The translations under genes and the position numbers were made by a program. Of a stretch of DNA of 64,000 bases, positions 12,301 through 22,428 are shown piece by piece (within the stretch, counting starts at the first letter, position 1; the number at the start of each line of letters is the position of its first letter). The stretch covers positions 210,786 through 274,785 of the forward strand of contig VRVR01000013.1 of the NCBI GenBank assembly GCA_009859145.1, in the 5' to 3' direction. The stretch is from Andalucia godoyi And28 (Eukaryota > Protista > Jakobida). Under the pieces are notes generated by a model, which saw nothing but the letters and a program-made list of their open reading frames with translations, was not told the DNA's origin and did not search any database.

Positions 12301-15300
12301 TACACTCGTCTTGAGGATGCAGCAAAGGCCTCTGAATTTGCTGCGCATGTGCGAACCAGACTGCAGGATCTGGAAAGCAGGTCGAATTTGTATCGATCTC
12401 GGGAATCACTTTTCAATCTGCATCCAACGGACAGAACTTTGCTTGTGGATTTGAAAAAATCGTTCGGTCCGAACGATTTGCTGTGGTCCACTGCCTGGGC
12501 GTTCTTGAAAGTACTTCCGGACTGGATGGATGGTCCTTTTGTGCACTTAAATGCTCCAGAGATTGATACGTCTCTGAAAGCATGGATCAATGCCGCTCAT
12601 TCTGCGTCTTCGTCATTCAAATACCGTCCCCAAATGCTCGATCTTACTACTGATTTGATTTCCAAACTTTCTGATTTTGCAGTTCATCTGCCGTTGATCA
12701 AATACCTTCGACACCCAGGATTGAAAGCTCGGCATTGGAAAGAAATCGAAGCTGTTATTGGGATCAATATCCCGTCTGATGAAACTGTAGCGCTCTCCAC
12801 GATTCTGGAGAAACATCTTGCTGACTCGCAGATTGAACAACTGAGACAGATTGCGGACACTGCCAGTCGTGAATTTGCACTGGAGAGGTCACTTGATAGA
12901 ATGCAAAATGAGTGGAAGACTGTGGTTTTCTCATTTTCCGACTTTCAGATGGCAAATGTTCGCACGCTGACTGGTGTTTCTGCGATTATGGATCTTCTAG
13001 ATGATCATATTGTGAGGACTCAGAGCATCATCAGTAGTCCGCATGTTGGACCCTTTCTGGATCGTTCTCAGAGATGGATTGTGAAACTGGTTCGTGCTCA
13101 AGAGATTTTGGAAGTTTGGATGCTCTGTCAAAAACAGTATTGCTATCTGCAGCCCGTGTTCTCTTCCGAGGATATTCAAAAGCAGTTGACAGCAGAAGCG
13201 AAGAGGTTTTCTTTTGTCGACCGATCATTCCGCAGAATCATGGAAGACGCTTTCCGACATCCGAACGTGTTGTCATTTTGTTCAAATGATAATCTCCACA
13301 AGGCGTTGTCCGACAACACGCAGCAACTTGACGCAATCCTAGCAGGCCTGCAGGATTACTTGGAAATCAAGCGCTTGTCGTTCCCTAGATTGTTCTTCTT
13401 GTCCAATGATGAATTGCTTTCTGTGCTTTCGGAGACGAAAGACCCGCGAAGAATTCAGCCTCATCTTCGCAAGTGTTTCGAGGGCATCGATGCTGTGAAT
13501 TTCGACGCCGGATCAAGAATCACTGCCATACATTCCAAGGCTGGAGAACAAATCAACCTGCTGACTGCCGTCGATCCTCGAGAGCATGATAACATGGTTG
13601 AAAGATGGTTGCGTGTTCTCGAGTTGTCCATGCAAGAAACCATTCGCCTTCAAATTCATTCTTGTCTGGAGAATCGCACGCGTGCTGTCCGAGAGGAGTG
13701 GCTGCTGCAATGGCCGTCGCAGATGGTGCTTCTTGTCTCGCAAATCATGTGGACCCGCGAGATTGCCAAATGCCTGGAATTCGAGGGACGAAAAGGCCTT
13801 GCACGATACGTGGAAGTGCAGGAAAAGCAATTGAGATTGTTGGTCGAGCTGGTTCGATCGAAGAACGCCCTGCTACCTCGTGAAATGCAAACCGTTGGCT
13901 CCATGATTGTTCTCGATGTGCACGCTAGGGATGCGGTTTCCCAGATGATAGTTGAGAAGGTCGACTCTGCCGACGATTGGTCATTCTTATCTCAAATGCG
14001 ATGCTATTGGGATTCCGAAGGGGCGGTTCGATCGTCCATTCGAGGCGATGTCAAGGTGCGGATGATGCATGTTTCTCTTGACTACGCTTACGAATATGTG
14101 GGTAATCAACCCCGGCTCGTCATAACACCGCTAACGGATCGCTGTTTCCGCACTCTCATGGGTGCATTGCACGTGCATCTCGGAGGCGCCCCCGAAGGCC
14201 CTGCGGGAACTGGTAAGACGGAGACGACAAAGGATCTTGCAAAGGCTATTGCTAAACACTGCGTCGTGTTCAACTGCTCCGACGGGCTTGACTATGTGGC
14301 AATGGGAAAGTTTTTCAAAGGACTTGTTGGTGCAGGTTCTTGGTGTTGTTTGGATGAGTTTAATAGAATTGATCCAGAAGTCCTTTCTGTCGTTGCACAG
14401 CAGATTCTCTCCATTCAGCAGGCAGTGCTTGGTCAGAAAGATATTATTGTTCTGGAAGGAACTACGTTGAAGATTGATAGTTCTTGTGCGGTCTTCATTA
14501 CCATGAACCCGGGATATGCAGGCCGTGCAGAACTTCCCGACAATTTGAAGGCTTTGTTCCGACCAGTGGCTATGATGGTTCCCGACTATACCCTAATTTC
14601 GGAAATTTCTCTTCTTTCGAGTGGATTCCAGAGCGCAAAAGCACTGTCACATAAGATGGTGGTCCTATTCAAACTGTGCGCTGAACAGCTTTCTCCTCAG
14701 ACACATTACGACTATGGAATGAGGGCTGTGAAGGCAGTTCTGAATGCTGCCGCTCTTTTCAAGTCGAATTCATTTGATGACGAAGAATCTATTCTAGTGC
14801 GGGCTATTCATGCTGTCAATTCTCCAAAGTTTTTGGAAGAAGATGTTGCCTTATTCAATGGTATAGTTGCAGATTTATTTCCACATCGCAGCTTCGAGGA
14901 AAAGGATGTTTTGTTGGATCGGGCTCTCCAGAGTGCGATTTCTGAGAGGACTCTCATTCCTTCTGATTACTTTGTCGCAAAATGCAAGCAATTAGTGCAT
15001 ACGTTGGAAATTCGTCATGGAGTCATGCTTGTGGGCCTCCCGATGAGCGGGAAATCTTCAGCAATACGTACCGTCGAACGCGTCTCGGTCCATTTAAAGA
15101 ACGTTCCGACAATTTGTGCGACGGTGAATCCTAAATCTGTTAGTTCCCATCAGTTATTTGGATATCTTGATTCTGTCACTCATGAATGGCGGGATGGCAT
15201 ATCGTCTTCCATCTTTCGTGACTTGGCGATCAGCAAGGATTCTTCGCAAAAGTGGCTTGTGTTCGACGGTCCGGTGGACTCCCTGTGGGTTGAATCCATG

Positions 15301-18300
15301 AACACTGTCCTCGATGACAACAAGAAGCTCTGCCTGGTATCCGGAGAAACCATTCCAATGTCTCCCACCATGCGAATTCTTTTCGAGGTTCGAGATCTTG
15401 CCGGGGCATCGCCGGCAACCGTTTCTCGTTGTGGTATGGTGTATCTTGAGCCATCTCAGCTGGGGTGGAGAGCTCTTGCTCAATCATTCTTGCTTCGGCT
15501 GAAAGTTGCAGTTGTTACAGGAAGGATCACCAACACGGTTGAGGAAGATACCGTCGAGATGCTGCCTGTTCAGTTCCTTTCGGAGGAGGAATGGGTTCGA
15601 CTCGAAGTGACTTTCCTTGGGTTTTGTGACACGGTGCTATCATCATCTGTTGACTTTTGTCACTCTGCAGACCCGCAGTCGTCCGTTGCGAATGCTCTCA
15701 TGTCGAGTTTCTTGCACCTCCTCGACAGTTCGTGGACAAAAGGAGTGGACTACGATTTGTTGTTGTTGCGAGATGGTTTGTTGCTTGCAAATACTTTGGT
15801 GTTTGCCTGTCTGTGGACATTTGGTGCGTCGTTGGACACAATGTGGAAGGGGAAATTTGAAGCAGTGTTTCGGCATTCTCTTGCAAAGTTTTCCCCCTCT
15901 CTTCCATTCACTTTCACTGGGCCTTTGATGGATGAGTCTTTGTTTGATCAATGTTTCTGTCCTGAAACGAGACGTTGGACTTCATGGATATCGTATGCTT
16001 CTCCGTGGAATTTCGTTTCGAGCGATGAAGATGTCAGGTCTGTTCGCCAAGTGTATGTTCCGACTGCAGTGACATGCGCATCGTTGTACCTGTCAAATTT
16101 GCTATTGTCAAAGGGTCATTCGGTGCTATTGAAAGGAGCACCTAGCGTTGGGAAATCAGTCATTGCAAGAACTCTGATGTCCAAAAAATCCAATGACTTT
16201 GTGGATATTCCGATTTTCCTTTCCGGCAAAGTTGCCCCGTCTGATGTCCAGCGCCGCATCGAACTTCGACTGGAGAAGAGACGCCATGGTGTCTATGGTC
16301 CTCCCCTCGGCAAGCGAGCGGTTGCCTTTGTCGAAGATCTGCACATGCCAATTCCAGATTCCTCGGGTTCAAAGCCACCTCTGGAACTAATCCGACAGTG
16401 CCTAGATCATGGTGGGTGGTACGATTTGAAGTCCTCGCAGTTTCGTCGTATCGAGGATATGTGCTTCTTGGGAACTTTCAGCGTCTCTCGTTCCAAGGAT
16501 GGCATAGAAGTCTCCAAGAATGCGGATGATCGATTGCTGCGCCATTTCCATTCGATTGTTGTTGATCCGGTGGACTCCGATTCCCTTACAACGCTGTTTG
16601 TCCAGGCTGTTTGTCATGTTGCTCGTCGCTCATCACTTATGTTGCTGCACGATATCGTTCGGTCTGCAATCGACTTGTACGGGCGGATGTCTCACATCTT
16701 TCTTCCAACTCCGTCTAGATCACACTATGTGTTCGGTATCAAAGATCTTGCTGATGTATTTGACGGCCTGCTGCATTGTTGGCCGTCGCTCACGGATGCA
16801 AAAGATTTGGCCTCTGGAAAACCGCTTTCTCGCCTCTGGCTGCACGAGTGTGCACGCGCCTTTTCTGACAAACTTGTTTGCGACTCTGACCTCCGGGCGT
16901 ATGCAGCTGCAGTTGCTGAGGTGAGCAAGTCATTCCCCCTGGTTCTTCCTTTGGAAACAGTTTCCATCTTTGCTGCCCATCCCACATTCTTTATTACTTC
17001 TGGACCTACGGACAGTTATGTTGAGTGCCAGAATACTGCTGACCTATATGAAAACATTCACAGTTTGTTGCCGAATATGGCGGCAGCAACGCTGAAAGTC
17101 GGTTCCTCTGCGCAAGGCAATGCTTACATACCGTTTTCCTATTCTTTGGAACACGTCAGCAGAATATCCCGAATTCTTGGGAACGTCTCCGGGCATGCGT
17201 TGTTGGTTGGTGTTGGAGGATCCGGTCGGCGAACCTGCGCCAGACTAGCTGCGCGTTTGCGAAAGTTTGATGTAACTGAAATCGTCCCCTCAACAAAGTA
17301 CAGCTTCCGGGAATGGAGAGATGATTTGAAACGAATCGTAAGCCAGACCGGTTCTCGCTCTATTCGTTCTGTTTTCCTTCTTACGGATGATGAGGTTCCA
17401 CGATCTGATCGAGCTTGGGAAGATGTACATTTACTCCTTGCTGTTGGTGAAATTCAGGATCTTTTCGCCGATGATGAGTGGCCAATGCTTTTGGAGCCCC
17501 TTCGGCAGACGGCTCCCCAATCACACATGGAGCGCCTCAAGAAGATGTTTTGGCAAAATGTTCGCTCACATCTTCGTTTGGTCTTGTGCTTGTCACCATC
17601 TGACATGCACCGCTTCCGAGAGAAGCTGCGACTTGTCCCATCTCTTCTTCGTTGCTGTACCATTGATTGGTTCCATAACTGGCCCAGCAATGCATTGCAA
17701 GCTGTTGCAGCACAGTCTGTGCCTTCTGTTCTTAGTTACGCTCGCGACGAAGTACTGAATTCTGCGGTGGTTAAATGTTGCGTTGAGTTGCATCAGTCCG
17801 TTGAGTCCGGCGTCCCTTCGCAGTTCTTTTTGTTCCTGTCATCTTTCGCTTATCTTCTTATGAAGGGCAGAAAGAAACTGTTATTTTCAAAGGAACGGTA
17901 TGAACTCGGACTTACTCGATTGCATGACACCGAAGAGGTCATTCAGGAACTTCAAAATGCTCAAGAACTTTTGTTTCCTGTGTTGGAGAAGACTCGTCGA
18001 GAAACACTGGCCTTGATGACGTCTATCAGTGCAGAACGTGGCAGGGTGGACGAGACTGCAAAGCAGGTGGCTATCGAAGAAGGCTTTGCGGCAGAACAGG
18101 CAGAAGCTCAGAAGTCGATTCGTGATGAATGTGAGCAGGATCTTGCAAAAGCACTCCCAGCACTTGAAGCTGCTTTGGCAGCATTGCGAAGTCTGGATCG
18201 GTCCAAGATCGCAGAAGTGAAGGCCATGAAGAACCCTTCTGAAGGAGTGCGCCTTGTAATGGAAACCGTCTGCCATATGTTTGACGTACCACCCTCTAAG

Positions 18301-21300
18301 ATCTCAACTGATGTTCCTGGGAAGTATATCGAAGACTTTTGGGGTCCTTCACAGAAGTTGCTTTCTGATGTGCACTTTTTGGACCGAATCCTTTCGTATG
18401 ACAAGGATTCTATCAGTGATGCAATCATCGAGAAAATCAGACCGTATATCAAGAAGCCGGAATTCAAACCAGAAAAGGTTAGACGGGCATCGCTGGCTGC
18501 AGAAGGCCTATGTCGCTGGGTTCGTGCAATGGATACGTACTACAGAGTGAAGAAGGTTGTCGCTCCTAAACAAGCTGCGCTTCAACAAGCCGAGTCTCAG
18601 TATTCTCTTCTTCTCGAGAATCTACAGGAAAAACAGAAAATGCTTCTCTCCTTGCAAGACGATTTGGAAATGCTTGTTTCCAAACTGCAGAACGCAGAAA
18701 AGACGAAAACAGAACTGGAAGGTCGCTTATCCACCGCAACGGCGCGCTTGGAGCGTGCAAAGAAGTTGTTGGTGCTTTTGGGCGACGAGAAGACTCGCTG
18801 GGGAGATTCTTTAAGCGCAGTTCAGCGTCGCCTTGATTCACTTGTGTGCGATTCTCTTTTGTGTGCCTCTTTGATTTCGTATGCTGGAAACTGTTCTGTG
18901 CGTCAGCGATCGATTCTTTCGCGTACCTTTGTTTCAGTGTGCGCTAGAAATTATTTGAATTCTTCGCTGGACTGTTTGTCGTCTGAAGATGACAGTGAGG
19001 ATCGCAATGAGAATATTCTTGCGCCTCTGCTTGGAGATCCTCTCGAAACACGAGAATGGATTCGCCAAGGTTTGCCGCCAGACTCCTTCTCCAATTCGAA
19101 CGCTGTCATGTCAGAGCACTCCCTTTTGTGGCCTTTGTTTGTCGATCCGCAAGGACAGGCTAACGCATGGATTCGATCTCGCGAACAAGCAAACAGGCTC
19201 ATGATTTTGCGCCATGATGACGAATCGTTCTTGCGGAACTTGGAGAATGCCGTTGTGAACGGAGTGCCGTGCTTGGTGGAAAACTTTCCCAATTTCCTCG
19301 ACGCCTCTCTTTCTGATGTCTTCTCCGTCAAACTGTTTCGTCATCTGTTGTATCGAGATCAGACGGCCAGTGGCCCCCTGAATATTCAAATCGGGGATCA
19401 TGATGTTGAGGTTCACCCCTCGTTTCGTCTGTATCTGACAACCCGGGACACAAACTTTTCGCTCTCACCCGAAGATTACTCACGGGTGTGCGTAGTCAAT
19501 TTCGGTGTCACGTTAGATGGCTTGCAGGATCAGCTGCTGACTATTTTGGTCTCAAAGGAACAGCCCAAGCTCTCGGACGAAAGAAATCGTCTCCTTCTTG
19601 AACAACAGAAGAACGCGGAATCTCTTCGTTCAGTGGAAGACAAAGTTCTGGATCTCATCGGTGGGTCTTCTTTCTCCAATCCGGAGGCTCTGTTGGATGA
19701 TGAGGACCTTCTTGCCGCATTGAAGTCTTCAAAACAGTCTGCATTGGAAATTCAGGAACGTGTTCGGGATGCTGAACGAATGGCAGAAGAAATGGAAGCT
19801 GCTCGATCTCAGTATCTTCCTTCTGCTCGGAATGCGTCAATCATGTTCTTTATTGTGGAGGATCTTCGCTCTGTGAATCATCTGTATGTTTTCTCTCTGC
19901 AGTGGTTCATTACTGTCATTTTGCGTTCTATCCAGGAGAGCAGAAACGGTCTTGCGGCTCCGCAACACCAGAGCCATGAAGAAGTGCAGAAACGTGTTTT
20001 GAAGTTGCAATCCCACATGCTTCGCCTCTTTTATCGGTCGGTTTCTCGATCGCTGTTTGAAAAACACAGGCTTCTCTTTTCGCTGTTGATTGCACTTCGT
20101 CTTGGCTCCTGCGCAGGCTCAGTCGAGCCTGGTGATATGCGTCTTCTGATGGTCGGAACATCGTCAGTTTCGAGTTCTGAAGAAGTTGCGGAGACCGCAG
20201 ATGATCCTTCGTTTGTTGGTCTAGATCCACACACCCGCCTTGTTCTTCGCAAACTACTGATGGATTGTTCGTTTGCCAAGGAGGTGATCACGAGCCTTCA
20301 CGAAGCGAAATCCGAATGGATGCGGTTTTTCCAATCCGAAGGTGATTTGCCGGAAACCTTTTGCCCGCTTTCTCCGCTGTCCTGCGCAAACGATTTTCGA
20401 AAGCTGTTAGTGTACAGAATGTTTCGTCCGGAGTCAATGATGTTGCAGATTCGACGCTTTGTCATTTCATCTCTGGGCGAAGAGTTTCTGGAAAACTTTG
20501 CGTTCACTCTTCCAGAAGTCTACTCTGAAATGTCTCATGTCACTCCGTTGCTCCTTGTCATGGCTCCGGGCGTTGATCCGGTTGGTAAGCTTTTCAAGTT
20601 TGCAGAACAACTTGGTTTTGCCAGGAAATTCAAGTCGATCTCTCTTGGACAAGGACAAGGACCTGTTGCTGCTGCTCTCTTGCGTGACTGTGCGAAGAAA
20701 GGAGAGTGGCTTCTCCTGCAAAACTGTCATTTGGCGCAGTCTTGGTTGCCGCAGCTGAGTTCGATCGTGGAGAGTTTTGACGGAACCAAGATTTCGCCGG
20801 AGTTTAGGCTCTGGTTGACTACTTCGCAATCTGCCCCCATGCCAATTGCCATTCTGCAAATGAGCCTGAAAGCGACAATTGAGTCCCCTGTGGGGGTTGA
20901 ATCTTCCCTGGTGCGAGCGGCTCTTGCTGAACCGGGCTTTATCGAGGAAGCCCATCCCCTTCTGCGTCGATTGTTGTATGGCTATGTGGCGCTTCATTCG
21001 ATTGCATTAGAGCGTGCTCGATTCGGTTCAATCGGTTGGAATGTTCCGTATATGTTCGCAGAGTCAGATTTGAGTATTTCCCTCCGGCAATCGTTGTTAT
21101 TGACTGCAATGATGAGCGAGGCTGAATCTTTGGGAACGATGAATTCAGCATCCACCACCTCCACAGTGAGGAAAATTAACGATTCCGATCGGGCGGAGCT
21201 CCCATTCCGGGCCCTGAGGTATCTTGCCGGTGAAATTAACTATGGTGGTCGTATCACCGACGAATGGGACCGTCGTCTCATGCAGACTCTCTGCGATACA

Positions 21301-22428
21301 TACTTGTGTCAAGCTGTTGTTGCAGAAGATTCGCATGTGCTGATGTCTTCTGGATCGACTGCTGTGCTGAGGGTGCCTTCACAAGAGATTGTCAATCTTG
21401 AACAGTGCATCGATGGGCTGCGAAAGACAGCAGCATTCGGATCTTCTCCAGCATTTTCACCGGCGGAACTGTTGGGACTTCATTCCAACGCCGACATATC
21501 GAAGGCTCGCATGGATGTCAGCTCTTTCTTTGATTCATTCGGATTAATCATGTCTGCTAAATCCAGTTCAAAGGGAGTTGTTGACAGCGATGGCTCGCAA
21601 ACCTCTATCGTCTGTCAGACAGCAATGGATATCTTGTCCAAGCTCCCCACACAGCTTCCATCGTTTAAACAACTGGATTCAACAGTTGATTGCAGGAACA
21701 CGTCCCTGATCCAGGAGGTTTTCCGATACAACCGCCTGCTGGAAACAATTCGGTCTTCCCTTTCGTCTCTTGTTCGTGCGCTGAATGGAGAAGAAGTGTT
21801 GACGGATGTGTTGAGCCAAACGGAAAAGGACATTTTTGTCGGGCGAGTTCCAAGGACCTGGGCCAATTCGTCGTTTCCCAGTTCCCGGCACCTCGGATCG
21901 TACATTTCGGATCTCATCCGGCGTGTTGGGTTCATTCAAAGATGGCTCACGTCCGGTGCTCCAGCTGTCTTTTGGATGCCCGGACTGTTTTCTCCTCACA
22001 GCTTTATCTCATCGCTGCTGCAAAATCACGCACGAAAGCATCGGATACCAATTGACCGTCTCGTTCTTGACATGGAAGTCTTGACTGCAGATCTTCCATC
22101 GTCGCCTGCCGTCGAAGGATGTTATGTCTATGGATTCTTCTTGGAAGGAGCACGGTGGAACTCTGCAGAAAATGAGCTTTCGGAAAGCAACAATAAGGAA
22201 CTCTTCGACGAATTACCAACTCTGTTGCTGATCCCTCGGGAGTCTTTCCGACAATCCCCGCAGATGTACATTGCTCCGGTTTATCGAAATATTTTGAGAC
22301 GAGGAGTGATGAGCACTGCAGGTTATTCGACAAACTTTGTGATGTCCATGCGATTCCCCGTGCGAACAAAGCCTGTTTCTCACTGGATTCGCCGATCCGT
22401 CGCCGTTCTTATGGATCCTTCGGCATAA
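9376..22428 (+). CDS. DNAH1: Axonemal inner-arm dynein heavy chain, DNAH1-like, single exon
   Basis: AAA1 GGAPEGPAGTGKTETTKDL, CVVFNCSDGLD, DEFNRI; AAA2 GLPMSGKS; AAA3 GAPSVGKS; AAA4 GVGGSGRR; stalk/MTBD. N-terminal LPLEYFDD...WEPC...FASRVASA resembles DNAH1. First ATG at 9376. Confidence 0.9.
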   Translation: MSHSENTRDIPQRPTSQSSNSSQRNSGVDSKSESRLASAIQKISGQNEKIASDHRLAAAEKTRKHSSYEAPLQKVPKLLHARIPGTLKSMHSLNDSAFSTSFFADPPVMPSRNIVQLLDRARSPTDVSRVLNSSHGTRARSVDPSSSTSFRDGAVVDYGGQGLLENRPSSRSSVVSLLRRNSLSRNRNSSSRGSVRPGTSAGRLSEAPSSFIDVSNRRLHEKSAAASSSSSVIRGPRLTERIGSNFSPALAGSLATDSSVSVDELDIVDQVMAHLPLEYFDDPDYETMDLTRIISEAKENGMSVSGFTKFFRNDGEFSWEPCCIVDFDAVESLFHVVFTEFRDVNGNCLSKSVRRLNVRLADESEFWFASRVASAEGYRVEFEQQLRTQMYLDRLPDELVTQFPQSFLESIIERSRVSRSVPKSLRAFTENFVDEMVIDFSRAVKKAHIEYCRLSDPDLDRECRKLNLLPISTFVSVHRVPAPFSTVLMVPGMGPEVFEGKRRQVDAAFLLEPKVFSCISSLQDYLRQIRPLMFLPRFPEHLAQEDNTAGIRTVNWFDFEKLQISQLKENMALLASDWASSAESLILEYLFDDIDFYAQEIPRFRTTAAGKLENFVYFLMRNTVRRFVDDTLHVFHEFFAQYSLDSAATAPPSLTSIPLFYMVVGSENVSDGTSVLTFSPSLNAMQATVERYLADLCHLSGTSFLRMDSILFPVMGFSRSFIPSAEVSDASVVTVRDAVAAILMQNVDALNETFSQLKVLVDALSADCETFCEKFKGMDIRDSMQVQRLCGELERMREISVKVRFSLSSTLPCNMFFVDCTKLKDDLYKRAELLIRSLICCFQDSIMSESSRIVVESDALKQRILTIPKDPEDMVLIQRFVEDNRGAMAQVRTDVRNLQEVVDLSAAYHCELPAEPLKAFFAALECPLALSRSVDTAADIYEEKKSEFIDQLLKDNVELTGDFDSVVVEIDSFVEYTRLEDAAKASEFAAHVRTRLQDLESRSNLYRSRESLFNLHPTDRTLLVDLKKSFGPNDLLWSTAWAFLKVLPDWMDGPFVHLNAPEIDTSLKAWINAAHSASSSFKYRPQMLDLTTDLISKLSDFAVHLPLIKYLRHPGLKARHWKEIEAVIGINIPSDETVALSTILEKHLADSQIEQLRQIADTASREFALERSLDRMQNEWKTVVFSFSDFQMANVRTLTGVSAIMDLLDDHIVRTQSIISSPHVGPFLDRSQRWIVKLVRAQEILEVWMLCQKQYCYLQPVFSSEDIQKQLTAEAKRFSFVDRSFRRIMEDAFRHPNVLSFCSNDNLHKALSDNTQQLDAILAGLQDYLEIKRLSFPRLFFLSNDELLSVLSETKDPRRIQPHLRKCFEGIDAVNFDAGSRITAIHSKAGEQINLLTAVDPREHDNMVERWLRVLELSMQETIRLQIHSCLENRTRAVREEWLLQWPSQMVLLVSQIMWTREIAKCLEFEGRKGLARYVEVQEKQLRLLVELVRSKNALLPREMQTVGSMIVLDVHARDAVSQMIVEKVDSADDWSFLSQMRCYWDSEGAVRSSIRGDVKVRMMHVSLDYAYEYVGNQPRLVITPLTDRCFRTLMGALHVHLGGAPEGPAGTGKTETTKDLAKAIAKHCVVFNCSDGLDYVAMGKFFKGLVGAGSWCCLDEFNRIDPEVLSVVAQQILSIQQAVLGQKDIIVLEGTTLKIDSSCAVFITMNPGYAGRAELPDNLKALFRPVAMMVPDYTLISEISLLSSGFQSAKALSHKMVVLFKLCAEQLSPQTHYDYGMRAVKAVLNAAALFKSNSFDDEESILVRAIHAVNSPKFLEEDVALFNGIVADLFPHRSFEEKDVLLDRALQSAISERTLIPSDYFVAKCKQLVHTLEIRHGVMLVGLPMSGKSSAIRTVERVSVHLKNVPTICATVNPKSVSSHQLFGYLDSVTHEWRDGISSSIFRDLAISKDSSQKWLVFDGPVDSLWVESMNTVLDDNKKLCLVSGETIPMSPTMRILFEVRDLAGASPATVSRCGMVYLEPSQLGWRALAQSFLLRLKVAVVTGRITNTVEEDTVEMLPVQFLSEEEWVRLEVTFLGFCDTVLSSSVDFCHSADPQSSVANALMSSFLHLLDSSWTKGVDYDLLLLRDGLLLANTLVFACLWTFGASLDTMWKGKFEAVFRHSLAKFSPSLPFTFTGPLMDESLFDQCFCPETRRWTSWISYASPWNFVSSDEDVRSVRQVYVPTAVTCASLYLSNLLLSKGHSVLLKGAPSVGKSVIARTLMSKKSNDFVDIPIFLSGKVAPSDVQRRIELRLEKRRHGVYGPPLGKRAVAFVEDLHMPIPDSSGSKPPLELIRQCLDHGGWYDLKSSQFRRIEDMCFLGTFSVSRSKDGIEVSKNADDRLLRHFHSIVVDPVDSDSLTTLFVQAVCHVARRSSLMLLHDIVRSAIDLYGRMSHIFLPTPSRSHYVFGIKDLADVFDGLLHCWPSLTDAKDLASGKPLSRLWLHECARAFSDKLVCDSDLRAYAAAVAEVSKSFPLVLPLETVSIFAAHPTFFITSGPTDSYVECQNTADLYENIHSLLPNMAAATLKVGSSAQGNAYIPFSYSLEHVSRISRILGNVSGHALLVGVGGSGRRTCARLAARLRKFDVTEIVPSTKYSFREWRDDLKRIVSQTGSRSIRSVFLLTDDEVPRSDRAWEDVHLLLAVGEIQDLFADDEWPMLLEPLRQTAPQSHMERLKKMFWQNVRSHLRLVLCLSPSDMHRFREKLRLVPSLLRCCTIDWFHNWPSNALQAVAAQSVPSVLSYARDEVLNSAVVKCCVELHQSVESGVPSQFFLFLSSFAYLLMKGRKKLLFSKERYELGLTRLHDTEEVIQELQNAQELLFPVLEKTRRETLALMTSISAERGRVDETAKQVAIEEGFAAEQAEAQKSIRDECEQDLAKALPALEAALAALRSLDRSKIAEVKAMKNPSEGVRLVMETVCHMFDVPPSKISTDVPGKYIEDFWGPSQKLLSDVHFLDRILSYDKDSISDAIIEKIRPYIKKPEFKPEKVRRASLAAEGLCRWVRAMDTYYRVKKVVAPKQAALQQAESQYSLLLENLQEKQKMLLSLQDDLEMLVSKLQNAEKTKTELEGRLSTATARLERAKKLLVLLGDEKTRWGDSLSAVQRRLDSLVCDSLLCASLISYAGNCSVRQRSILSRTFVSVCARNYLNSSLDCLSSEDDSEDRNENILAPLLGDPLETREWIRQGLPPDSFSNSNAVMSEHSLLWPLFVDPQGQANAWIRSREQANRLMILRHDDESFLRNLENAVVNGVPCLVENFPNFLDASLSDVFSVKLFRHLLYRDQTASGPLNIQIGDHDVEVHPSFRLYLTTRDTNFSLSPEDYSRVCVVNFGVTLDGLQDQLLTILVSKEQPKLSDERNRLLLEQQKNAESLRSVEDKVLDLIGGSSFSNPEALLDDEDLLAALKSSKQSALEIQERVRDAERMAEEMEAARSQYLPSARNASIMFFIVEDLRSVNHLYVFSLQWFITVILRSIQESRNGLAAPQHQSHEEVQKRVLKLQSHMLRLFYRSVSRSLFEKHRLLFSLLIALRLGSCAGSVEPGDMRLLMVGTSSVSSSEEVAETADDPSFVGLDPHTRLVLRKLLMDCSFAKEVITSLHEAKSEWMRFFQSEGDLPETFCPLSPLSCANDFRKLLVYRMFRPESMMLQIRRFVISSLGEEFLENFAFTLPEVYSEMSHVTPLLLVMAPGVDPVGKLFKFAEQLGFARKFKSISLGQGQGPVAAALLRDCAKKGEWLLLQNCHLAQSWLPQLSSIVESFDGTKISPEFRLWLTTSQSAPMPIAILQMSLKATIESPVGVESSLVRAALAEPGFIEEAHPLLRRLLYGYVALHSIALERARFGSIGWNVPYMFAESDLSISLRQSLLLTAMMSEAESLGTMNSASTTSTVRKINDSDRAELPFRALRYLAGEINYGGRITDEWDRRLMQTLCDTYLCQAVVAEDSHVLMSSGSTAVLRVPSQEIVNLEQCIDGLRKTAAFGSSPAFSPAELLGLHSNADISKARMDVSSFFDSFGLIMSAKSSSKGVVDSDGSQTSIVCQTAMDILSKLPTQLPSFKQLDSTVDCRNTSLIQEVFRYNRLLETIRSSLSSLVRALNGEEVLTDVLSQTEKDIFVGRVPRTWANSSFPSSRHLGSYISDLIRRVGFIQRWLTSGAPAVFWMPGLFSPHSFISSLLQNHARKHRIPIDRLVLDMEVLTADLPSSPAVEGCYVYGFFLEGARWNSAENELSESNNKELFDELPTLLLIPRESFRQSPQMYIAPVYRNILRRGVMSTAGYSTNFVMSMRFPVRTKPVSHWIRRSVAVLMDPSA